In this document: piece after piece, positions 12,701-24,760 of the stretch
How the letters are laid out: each line of letters opens with the position of its first letter
Numbering within the stretch: the stretch's first letter is position 1
Assembly (NCBI GenBank): GCA_016748015.1
Contig: JAAOMT010000058.1
Coordinates: 79,657 to 143,656, forward strand
Direction of reading: 5' to 3'
Length of the DNA stretch: 64,000 nucleotides
DNA from: Geosiphon pyriformis uo1
Taxonomy: Eukaryota > Fungi > Glomeromycota
Made by a program: the position numbers and the translations under genes
The notes under the pieces: generated by a model
Told to the model about the DNA's origin: nothing
The model's database searches: none
The model's input: only the letters and a program-made list of their open reading frames with translations

Positions 12701-15700
12701 CAAAATGGATGGCCGAACAGGATGCTCTTTTACAAAAGAGAAAGGTGGACGTTTTCGCCAAAAAATGCTCCTTCAACAAATTGGATTCGGAAACTTTTAT
12801 GTTGGAGAATTCTGAACTTTTGACAGTGGTGGGCAATTTCGAGGCACAAGACTTGATGACACTTCAAAAAGAAGTCTCCGATTTAGTTCAAGAAATTAAA
12901 ATTATCGGGACAAAATGTGTAAATACCGATGAACTTGATAGTATGATAACTAAACTCAAGCAACAACTTGACGAATTACATGGAGAGATTGATGCCCATG
13001 GAAAAACGCTCATTGTCCTTGATAAACGTATCGAATGGGAGGAAGCACATTCTGATGCTAACGAATGGATTGATTCGGCCACCTTAGAGGCTGAACAATT
13101 TCTACTTGATCAGGCTCGATGGAAAACAGAAAATCAAATCCCAAAGGAGACTTTGATCGGTTGGCTCACTGCATTTCAATCGAACCTTTCTAATTTTAGA
13201 GGCAATTTTTTAAAGAGAACGCAGGATTCCTTCAATGGTCTCTGTGATATTTTCAACATTTTACCCGAGACCGAGACCGCCCCGGACCACATTCATTCAC
13301 GGCAAAAAAATTTGGAGGATAAAACTTCGGCCCTTGAAGATTTATCCTTCTATGTAGTAGAAGTGATAAAACAGCAAGAAACCGTGGTTGATTACATGAA
13401 AAAAGCTCAAGCCGCTGAAGATTTTGGAAATCAGGTTGGAGTCAATTTACAAAGTGCCCTTGGGACGATCTTGATCGAGTACAAGGACGATGATACCGCA
13501 TTTATTGAATCGATTGCGTTGTACAAGGGTCAGATTCAAAAAGCTTGGGTCGAACTTACCGAGGCCGTTCATTATCCAGCACGTAACAAAGAGGACAATA
13601 AAATTTCACAAGAGGAGGCAGATGAAAACGTCAAAAATTCGGATGATGTCCACTTTAATCTGACAGTAAAAGAGGCGCTTCAACAAAAGGAAGCATCACT
13701 GCAAGCTCTCAGTGACAACCTGGATGAGCTACTCATGGATTTCCAACGTTCCATTGGACTTTACCGCAAAGCCAAAGAATGCGAAGAGAAAGCAAAGGTG
13801 TTTGATGATTGGGTCACCGACAAAATTTCCAAGGTTGAATTACGTCATATTGACATTTTTGCCCAGGTGTTAAATTTGAAACCTGATGATGTCGTAAACC
13901 TGAGACGGGAAAATGAACAATTTATCAACGAAGTGAAAACATTCGAAATTGATCAAGTTAATGATCTTCGTGAAAAGAGTGCAAGTTTACTTGAAGCTAT
14001 CGAAGACGCCAATGCAAAAAATATCGACACTATCCCGCTCACAACTGCCCTGGAAACTCTCAACGAGAATCTCGCCAACCTTCAAAATCTGCTCAGTATC
14101 GAAACAAATGAAGTTGAGGCGGTCGATAAACGGGTCACATGGGAGGATTCGTATCAGAAATCTTCGGATCGGATCGAAGACGCTATACGGGAGACTCGAG
14201 AATTTATTACAGAGAAGGCCGCCTGGAGGCTAGACACACCTGAAGAAAAATCAACGATCGAGCCTCTTGACATTGAATTTACATTGATTGAAGGAAAAGT
14301 TCAATCTCAATTATCCAATGAAATTCCCCAAAATCAAACAAACTTTGAGGCTTTCATCAATGCCAGTGAAAAACTATCCGAAAAGGAACGTCGAACAGAT
14401 ATTGAGAATCGTCAAGCACAACTTGAAACAAATGTCAGAAAATTAAAAGATCAGGTACTTTACGGTCGAGATCTTTTGTCTCAAAGAGCTGCACTCGTTG
14501 ATTTCATGACGGAGGCTTCACGTCTTGACTTGGTTGGAGCCAGAATTCGGGAAAGCTTAGTTGAGGCCGAAGTAAACGTGCGCTCTGGATCTAGCAGCCT
14601 TGATTTCAAAATCAAGGAATTCAACGACGGGATCGAATCGCTGTGGGAAAATTCAGGATCAAAGGTGCCGTATCCAACTAGTCCGATCATGGAACAAGTT
14701 GATCACACAGAGAATTCAGTGATCGAAGATGCGGTCGGTGAACGATACTCAACATTAAAAGAACTTAGTGACACAATTGATAAATTGCTTGCGAAATATT
14801 TGTCATCATTGGCCCTTCAGGAACGCTCGAATGATTGTCTCAAAGATTCAGCTCGAATTCAAGAATGGATATCAGGACGTTTGCAAATTCTGAACGATCG
14901 TCAAGTGGATCCGTTAGATGAGGAGTGTCCGTGGAAGGAAGATCAAGTTCAAAAGATGCAAAAAGAGCATGAGGAATTCTTGGAAGAACATGCGAGAGTA
15001 GATGTTGAGGATGTAAGCAAACTTCGTCGAGATCTTGAAATCCTACTCGAAGATATAGTGAAGGCTCATTGTTCCAGTGTCGATCAAGTTCCTCTTCGTG
15101 AAGCATTGGACAGTATGAACAAGGAATTTTCCGATTTGCAATCTTTGTCCTCTGCACGACAATTACATTTATCTGTTCTGGAGGCTCGTGTCAAATGGGA
15201 AGAACAATTCACACCATCATTCAATCTGCTTGATGATTTAAATAACCGGGTAAACGATTTCATTACCAATCAAGCACGATGGTCACCAGAAACAATAATT
15301 CTGGATATCGACTTGAAAAAAGTTTTCGCTGATCTGGAAGAAAAAGTGTCCCAATTTGAAGAAAATTCTCTCGCCATTACCAAATCAACTTTCAACGATA
15401 TGACTTCTACAATTAAGACCCTTCTCTCGAAAGAAACCCCAGAATATTTGACAACACGACAAATTTCATTGAATCAAAAATTCGCAGATATCTTGGATCG
15501 AATAAAGTTGGCCAAACAAGTGCTAGCACAACGTGATGCTGTTGACCTGTTCCTCGAGCAAGCCGCCCTCGTGCAAATTCAAGGCGAAGCTCTTGGCTCA
15601 GAATTGACAGTTGCGGCAAAAAATGGGTACCCAGATTCCGGGTTTGTTGAAAAGCTTCAAGCTTTCAAGGACAAATTAGAAGACCTGAAATCAGTTTATG

Positions 15701-18700
15701 CCTCTAAAATCGTACATCCCCTCGACACCCAAGCATCTGAAAATTTAAATAAGCCGATCAACCAGGTTCTTTTTTTTGCATTTTGAGCATCGCTAGATTT
15801 TTTCTAAATTTAAGGTTTCACTAAATTTACAACTGATCTCTTCACCCCGTTTAAGGTCATTGACGAGAAACTCACAACTCTCGATGCATTATCAGAAGAA
15901 TTGGATGATTTGCTCAAGTCTTACCAGAACACAAATACCCTAGCTGTAGAACTTGGGGAGGTTTTGAAAAGGGCGAAAATTATTGAAAGCGATCTTGATA
16001 AATTCATTTTTAATAAAGCCACCTGGGAATTTAACCAAAAAACCCTTGAAGGCCAGTCCATCGAAGAAACACAGGTTAAACTTTTGTCCGAACTGGACGG
16101 CATCAAAGAAAGGATGGCCAAATTTCAGGAAGAAACCCTGGGTCCAATTAATAAGAAATTTAATGATTATAAATCCGGGATGGAAGGATCAAATAAAGAT
16201 GTTCCGGAGCACGTTCAAAACCTCTATAAAACTCTTAACGATCTAGTGAACGGGTTGGAACCGCTTGGTGGATTCGCAAGAGACATAATTCGACAACGAG
16301 AAGTAGTTGATAATTACATGAAAGATGTGTCGTCGTTGAAAAATGATGCACCAGAAATTCAGCAGGTTAAAAATATATTATTTTCCAACTTTCAATTATC
16401 ACATGAGAAATTTCATAAATATTCTACATTTCTTTTATTTTACAGCTACTCTGGAAGAAAGAGCCCAACTCACCCGGTGGACAACGTACCACAATTTCAA
16501 TGGAGGTCGAAAATTTTGCAAATCGCGTACTAGCTCTCTGGAATGATGTTTCCGGAAAATTGGAATATCCCGTTTGCTCGGTTCAAGACGACCAAGATCG
16601 AGTTGGTCGTGCTGATGATTGCAACTCGGTGATTCGTCAGGCGGTCAACGATCAACACGAATCCTTGAAATCCCTCGCCCATAGCCTTAATGATTTGTTA
16701 AATAAAAAGAATATTTTACATCGAAAGAATATGTTGGAATCATATCTAAATCAAGCCCTGGAAGTTGCCGGATGGATTCAACCAAGACTGAAAATTGTTC
16801 AAGACATCAACAATGATGATACCCTGGGAGAGCAATCCGAGGATCAAATTCATAATCTCATCGGAGAAGTTGATGGTGTTGATGCAGCTCGTACAGCTTA
16901 CCATAGTACGGTTGAATTTGCCAAGAGTCTGGTCTCCAGTATTATCAAAGAGATGGCTTTTGAAGCTGAACAAGGGGGAGAAGACGTCGATGATGTCAAA
17001 GCGGACTTGGAAAAGGCGCGCGAGAAGCAACAAGAAATCGATGCTCTATGGAATGTCCTTAATTCAACTATTCCCGCAGCAAAACAAATATTGGATCAGG
17101 CACTCCATGTGATTGAATTCAAAGAAAAGACCCAGGAAACTTCTGTGAAGATAAACGATCTCTCCAGTGCTATGTTGCAAATGCGTCCAGAAAATATTTC
17201 TCAGGTCGACATCAAAGACTGGCAAATTCGCTTGAACTCCATAGAACAAAGTGACCTCTTTTCATTGGTAAAGCTTTTTGACAATGTGCAAGAAAGTTTA
17301 AAAGAAAATCAAAGCGCCATCACCGATAAAGAATCAAAAATTCTCGAGGATTTATTAAAACAAGTGAACTATGGCATCGCTTCTTTGAAGAGATTAATGG
17401 GCCAAAAGATTGACGAAGAAGAAGCTTATCGGTCGTCACAAATTGCAAATGCATATATGGATCGTGCCAATGAACTAGAACAATGGTGTATTGATTCAAT
17501 TGCACAATTTCAAGATGCACAAAAATACGGCCTAATGATTGGGACGTCAGAAGACCAGAACGATGAAAATTGGAATAATCTGAGAAATGTATTTGAGAAT
17601 TTTAAAATTCAAGTAGGACAAAAATTCCTTGATCTTGAAAGTATCCGTGCAGACTTCACAGACATTGCTTCACCAGAAGGTATTCGTGAATTAGAAGATA
17701 TAATGACCTCGCACTCCAGGCTCAACACAGCCTGGGACAACCTTGACAAAGCAACCACCTATATGAAAACGTTCATAGACACCGTTGAGGAATGGCATAA
17801 ACTTCACCACTCACTTTACGAAGTAGAATCCGAGATACTGGACGGATTAAAAGATCGGATTGATAAATTGGCAAGCATCGGTTACGACAAATTAACGACA
17901 GAAGTCAGCGAATTGGACACTTTAATTAAAAAGGCGACTATTTTAATTCAGGAAACTCTGGTTGCATCAGCACAGATTATTGACAAACCGGAAGAAGTCA
18001 TTGATCAAATAAATCGTGTTAATTTCGATGAACACCACTCGAACGCATTGAAACGTCTGAATTCCCTTACAACTTCTTTCCAAATCGCTCTTACCGCTGC
18101 ACACAATGCTTCAGCTTTGGCCGCTTTTCATGCCGAGGCAAATCGTATCATTGCTGGTTGCAAAGAAGGCACCGATCTTGTACAAACCCGTCATCAAGAT
18201 TTAAACAATAGCGCTTATTACTCCCTAGAAGCAAATGCGTTAGCAAAGGTTGTCAAAGATTCCATCGAAGGATATACTGTTAGTGAGGAAAAATTGAAAA
18301 ATTATCACACCCTAATCAATGAAAATCTTAAACGTGAGGCCGATGAGCTCATTGAACGCAAGATGGCTAACACGGATCGTATCGTTAACATATTCGCAAA
18401 AGCAACTGACGCCCTAAAACAATATTCTGACGGGGTCTCACGTGAACGCACTGAGCTGGAGCTTGTTCGAAATGTATATTCCCACGCGAAAGCTGCTGAT
18501 GATATTAAATCTTGGATATGGAAATGTAAGTCGGCCATAGTGAACATTCTGCCGATTACTCTGGCTGATCAAGACCCCGAGATTACCCCTCTCGAAGAGA
18601 AAATTAGCAATTTCCAACAGAAAGTTGATGAATTCCGAGATATGGGGGACATGGTTGTATCAAAAGCTTCAAATGCAGAAATTGACGCTGAAGATTCCGA

Positions 18701-20606
18701 TGAAGGTAATCTCAGGATAAGTGAGGCGATTAAACAACGTACGAACCGTATATTAAATGATTGGGATGGCCTTAAACAACTATTAGCATCTGCTCGAGCT
18801 AGTCTGAACGCTTCAAAAGAGAACCAGGAAGTTTCTCGAAACATTAAAGAAATCTTGACGGCAATAAGCCTAGTAAAAGAGAGAGTATTGAACATTGATA
18901 CATATATAAATAGTGAAAGTATGGTCAGACTACCGGCCAATCCAGATATTGAAGTCGGAGAGAAGGAATTGAATGCAATACAAGCTGAGGTCGACCAAAT
19001 TCTGCAGGCAAAAATTGACACATTAGATTACATGATTAGCAATTTGAGTGAGGGAGGTACCAATTTTATACAGCAAAGGGGTGGGATTGCCGAAGACTTG
19101 ACCAATCTTGCAAGCCTTATTGAGAACAAAAGAAATGAACTGCGAGAAGCTCGTAAACTTGCTTTCTTTGGTGGCAAAGCAGAAGAAGTTGAAACTTTTA
19201 TCGGTGATTTGATGGAAGTACTGGTGAACGCGTCATCGACCACAAACAATTTACCGCTCTCAACTTTACCAATTGTTGAATTGCAATCACGAAAGATTGA
19301 GCTTGACACCAAGCACGGCTATTATAAACCCAAGATAATTGAAAGATTGAAAGAAGCTAGAAAAGCTGCTGAAGTTGTCAAAGATGATTGGCGAGTTGAG
19401 GAACGGTTAGGAAAACTTAATGAACAATGGAAAGAATTAAATGCCGAGGCTGCAGCAAAAAAAGAAGAATTGGAACGATTGGTCTTGGGGCGAAAAAGTG
19501 AACGGGGAAAACCTATCTCAATACGGAATACGCAAAATAAAGGTATCACATTTAAGAAATCAAGCCCATCACTGATGGCATCACGATCTTCATCACCAGT
19601 TCTGATTACCGCCAAAGGTTCACGAGGACCGATTACACGAGTGGCAAGTCCTTCAGGTTTACCGGCACGACAAACACCCAGTCCGACTCCTGGTACACCT
19701 GGTTTTCCAAGTCGACCACCCGTACGATTAATACCACATACGGTCAATCACTATGTACCAAAATCGAATGATCCACTTGATGTTGAAGTTGCACGAATAG
19801 TCAATTCATGTCCTGTGAAGATTAAAGTTTCAATGGTTGAAGGTGAATCTGGAAAATATCTTTTTGGTGAAGTTGACCCGAAGCTTTGCTATTGTCGAAT
19901 TCTCAGGAGTCGAATGGTCATGGTTCGAGTTGGTGGAGGCTGGGCTGAATTGTCAAAGTTAGTACTAGTCAATATATTTTTTTTTTCTTGCAATTTTCAA
20001 TCTCGACTAACGTTCAAACCATTTTTTGCTTTTTTCCTATAATAAATTCATGGTCGATGTTGAAATTTTTTTAAAAAAAGATTCTTAATTGGTATGTACA
20101 ATATTCTAATAAGTATAATAGTCAAAATCAAAATCAAAAAGAAATCGAAACAAAGAGAAGAAAATGAAAAAGTTTGGAAAGACATTCGATTTTGAAATGC
20201 TTTTCTCTCATTTCTGCGTTTATTATATACACATGACATATATAGATAACAGTGATGTCACTCTCCAATTCATTCTGCCAACACAGAACACGCTAACCTG
20301 GAAAAGTACATCCCCAAAGCCCGATCTTTTGTCGGACCTGACGAAACAATCTCCGACTACGGCGGTCAAACCTCTTCTGGTCCCAATTTTTATGAGGCGA
20401 ACATCCGGCTCAATCCGACAGGGACAGGACTCCGAATCGAAGGAGAAAAGGATAGTGGTCCCTTGGCGTTGAAACGAATGTCTTTTGCCCGCAAAGTGAG
20501 TAGGCGAGATAGTAGTGATAATAGCAATAATAATGATTATGGTGAAAGTGATTATAGGTCACGAATGGGTCAAACCAGAGTGGCAAGAACAGCAAACATT
20601 AAGTAG
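9292..20606 (+). CDS. Giant spectrin-like-repeat protein with C-terminal GAS2/GAR microtubule-binding domain (spectraplakin-like), ~3,608 aa, 5 exons
   Basis: Exons 9292-15765, 15856-16365, 16446-19957, 20081-20091 (11 nt), 20287-20606; phases are consistent. Long helical repeats with periodic Trp. GAS2 signature DPLDVEVARIVN...GKYLFG...CRILRSRMVMVRVGGGWAELSKFLIEH. Confidence 0.88.
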
Positions 20607-23272
20607 AAGGAGGGAGGAAAAGAATGGTGGATGGAGTTTTTGGGTTTGGGGTTCAGGTCGAGATTAGAGTTTCAATGAAAGGTTAGATCTGTTTTGGGGT
20701 TGGGTGAGAGGTTGTTACAATTTTGGGTTGGTAGTGTGATGTTGTTGTGTTGCGTTGTGATTTCTTTGGTCTCAGGATTGAGTACCATTAAATCGGTGTT
20801 GTTGTTTGGTTGGTTTGTTGGTGATCAGATTTTTCTACTGCTTATTGAGGGTGGTGAGGGGTGTGGAGAGAACTTTTTTTTTTCACTCTGAATCGACAGA
20901 GGGGGTCCTTTGCTCAGCTCGGACGCCGGCACCAGTGTTGGATGTTGAGTTTGATGCCGTGACGGCAGCCACAACAGCGCGAGGTACCCCCCTTGTTTTT
21001 TTCGCTTCTATACACAAACACACGCATATGTTTTATTCATACCTACTACGCCTAAATCCCAAAAACACATTAAACATTCACATACGAGCATATAAAACCA
21101 TACAACAACATGTAAATATACGCACACGTTACTCTTTTTTCTGTTTGTTTTGTAGAGCATTCTGATACAAATCTAGACATTTATGATACACAAATCTTTT
21201 TTGGTTTTTTGTTGTATTTTTATGATTTTCATTTTTGAAAGAATTCAATAAAAGAAAGGAAATAATTAACCTAAATTATTTATTGTATATTTTTTCTTCT
21301 CACCCTCACCCTTCCCCCTCCTTTCGCCTGTCCCGTTCAATTCCATCAAAAATCCCATTCCCCGCAATCTCTATCACACACGTATATCCCCCCCCCTCCA
21401 TACACCTCGCTTATCCATCTATCCACATACGTATACACATTCTACATCTATAACAGTATCAAGAATTGTGGATTTGGGTGATAGGTTCGGCGATCTTGTT
21501 ATACTATTTGATCGCGTTGAAACAAAGCGGCGTCAATTCGTGGGGTGACACTTGCGAACTGAAGAATACCCAGTATTTGGTGTGTACTTGAGATATGATT
21601 ACGATTCAAGAACGGGAGAACATGAAGAACCGAAACAAGAAAAGAAGACGGGCAGAGCCAAACGTGAATGTAATTTTCGACATTTGAATGAAGTATCAGT
21701 AGCAAAAGCGATGACAAGAACTGATACAGAAAAAAAAGAAAAGAATTTAATATCCAAAGTCAATTTCGCAAATAAAACACAAGTAAGCCTAACGGGGTAT
21801 GTTTCGGTAGTCAAGTACAAGTACACTAAGGCAAAACACGAAGAAAGTTCCTCCAACAACCGCTCAACGATTTTCTGCTATATCAATATCATATCTATCT
21901 ATCTCTCGCTCTCTTTGCCACTTCCTAATGATCTCTCGTTCTTTCAGCCAGCGACAATATTTCGAACAAATGTATATATTCTCGCCTCTTCTGTATCAAA
22001 GACAATTTAATTAAAATGGAAAGAGAGGCATAAAGAGAGAAACTTTTATGAGAGACCAAATTCCTTCAATTGAGACGATACACGAGCACGTAAACCGGTT
22101 ACAAAAGCTCGATGCTTTACAATCGACTTGGATTGTTTGCCCTTACTAATCTTCCTCCACCTCAATTCAACATTAATGCGATCAAAATTAAGCCTGAAAT
22201 CCTCCAAATAATCCGCCGGCCTTTTAATATCTATTTTGATCCTTTTTACACATCTTAAAAAATTTTCAAAGTCGCACTCATGAAAAATTATCCGAACTCT
22301 TAGATGGTGATTTAACACAATTGAATAAGTTTTTTTCTCTCCTTTAACACACATCATCATCATCACTTTAATGATTAATCTCGATAATAATCTTTCCTAA
22401 CCCGTGACGAGACACAAAAAAAAACCTCTACTGAAACCAATTCACCCAAAAATCAACGTCATTACAATCATCAACATGGCTCTTGCATTTTACACACAAC
22501 AAATAGATTTTTTACTTGAAGGATTTTAGTATATGACTGATATATCAAGATCTTATTTCGTGGAACGCAAATGCCTACCCCATATAACCTATATTGTGAT
22601 CTCCCCTTTATATTACATTACAAACTCAATTCTTCCACCACCGTAAAATTTCAAAGAACGAGCTATAATATTAAATTTTTAGTTTTTTTTGGGGGGGGGG
22701 GAGGGGCTTTTTTTCGGGTTATTTCAATTTAGTATATTTATAGTATTTATTTAACGATATATATATAGGGGTTTTTTTAATTTTTTATTTCCATTCCAAT
22801 CTTTTTTCTGGTTTCGCGGGAAATCATAATTATCATCACCACACAACCATTCTTGTACTTTCCTCAGAATTATATCATTATCATGTAATTTTTTCATATT
22901 CTAAGCTACTACTATCATCATCAATCAATCATTATTTTACTATCATTACTTTTATAAATGCTCATTGACACTAAAAGATCCTCCTGTAAATTCAACTGAA
23001 AACTGAAATTTTCTTTTTTTAATATACATAAAGTTTCCCATGATATTGTTTTTAGACTTCATGTTTTAATTCTAAAGAAGTTTAGAAAAATATAAAGAAT
23101 TGTGTTTTCAAGATCTTTAACTGAGAATACTAATGGTTCATGCGAAGCCGAAATTAAATGAAGCAGAGGAGTTTTTCCACGAATACCATGTTTGTCCAAA
23201 GCAAACAAAAAGGATCGAGCATAGCATCGATACATCAGCAAACTCCAAGTTCCAACACCAAAAATTCACACC

Positions 23273-24367
23273 TCATGTTTCTGCTCTCAAGGCAGAAATC
23301 TCACTGTTGTCGCTACCAGGTGAAGTAGGAGAGGTACCCACGGTTTGTGAAGGATTTTTTGTGTCAGATCTTTGTTCTAATGTTGTTATTCGTTCGTTTA
23401 GGACTAAAATTACATCTTGAACCTAATCGAAGCAACAAATCATCAGAATTGCTTTGATGAGTGGACGATTTCAATTGGAAATAATAACAGGAATACCATA
23501 TCCATCGATGTTTGTAGTTGCCTTGCACTAGGTATAGTTATCATCTCTGGGGGTGTGGCGTCTTTAATATAGGTCCCCAACTGATATCTGGAAATAAATG
23601 AAATTTTTGCCTCAAATGAGAAATAAATAGTGATATATCACCAGTTTTAAATAAGGATCTTGGAACTTGCAAAGTCACACAATCCAGTTGTATGGTGAAA
23701 TAATCACTAGAAAAATAAACGATTTTCTAGTATCATAAAATAGAGTTTTGCCGATATGAAGGAAACAATTTAAAGAAAACCTACCGGATATAGTCAAATT
23801 TTCGGGGTGTCGTATAATAAACCTTGCCGATTACGGTGTTACATCCGTTACAATAGGAAAGTTTGTAGGTACTATACAATAGAGATTGATGGATTAAAAT
23901 TCGAACAGACTACAAAAAATGCTCGATATTTGAAAATTGAAATCAAAAGCCCACCTTCCCAAATCAATGCCTTCCTGCGCCCACACTAATTCAGTTCCAA
24001 GGCGTAAATTATATGGTTTGGCTGCCAGAAGTAATCCCCATTTGAAAAAAATTATATAGAATAACAATAGATCAGCCACTCAATAGTCCATGATAATTTC
24101 CCAAAATGGGCAAAGATATGTAAATCAAAACACACCAAATAGCACCACACACTTTAGATCGCGATCTGCAGTGACCCACGAGCATGAATCACCCACAATC
24201 AAGCGACATTTTGCACATTGAAATATCAAAGGAGCCTTTATCTCCGCTTCTTCTATGAATCCTGGACGTGGAAAAGGAGACTTTTGTCGTTGTTCTAAAG
24301 GAGATAATGGGGACAATTGTTTCTGCTCTTGTTGTGTTTCCTGTTGCCTCAGCCGTTCTTCTTGCAT
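23273..24367 (-). CDS. MIS18: Mis18 (Yippee-like zinc-binding) centromere/CENP-A loading factor, 6 exons
   Basis: PLIFQCAKCRLIVGDS ... YCNGCNTVIGKVYYTTP ... DYIRDYFTI ... YQLG, then a C-terminal helix VQDVILVLNERITTLE. Two CxxC pairs; one intron (23670-23588) is GC-AG. Confidence 0.82.
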
Positions 24368-24699
24368 TTTTAGCGTGCCTATATGATAAAGGTTCAAAAG
24401 AAAGTTTAAAACATATTTTCTGAGTAAAACTTCTAATATTATGATAAATACCATTTGAAACTCTATAATTTTAAATAAAAAAATTCAGTAATGCTAACTT
24501 AAAAGCAAGTAAACTTTTACTGGCTTTCAAAATATGTTCTTACCTAAAATTCGGCTATCAGTAGTATCATAACATTTGAAGAATTTTAAATAATTGCATT
24601 TCTTAACAAATTATTTATAATTTCTAAAAAAATTCCTCTTACCCAAATTCTAAAAGAAAATATTTAACAACAAAAAATTTAATTTACTTAAAAAAGTGT

Positions 24700-24760
24700 A
24701 ATCCGATATGGCTTATGCACTTTTACACATGACCAGTTATTTAGACTTATGTTAAGTTGA
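24700..24760 (-). mobile_element. Short relic of LINE 3' UTR
   Basis: atggcttatgcacttttacacatgaccagttatttag matches 25581-25618 (atggcttatgtacttactacatgtgaccagttatttgag). Confidence 0.6.

Noticed and set aside
9378-19747. Many antisense and alternative-frame ORFs within the giant gene
   Set aside because: Shadow ORFs expected from a long coding region; no independent motifs.
20164-20472. 102-aa ORF from the track as the last exon
   Set aside because: Wrong frame; the frame giving EHANLEKYIP...* at 20606 fits the GAS2 end through the micro-exon.
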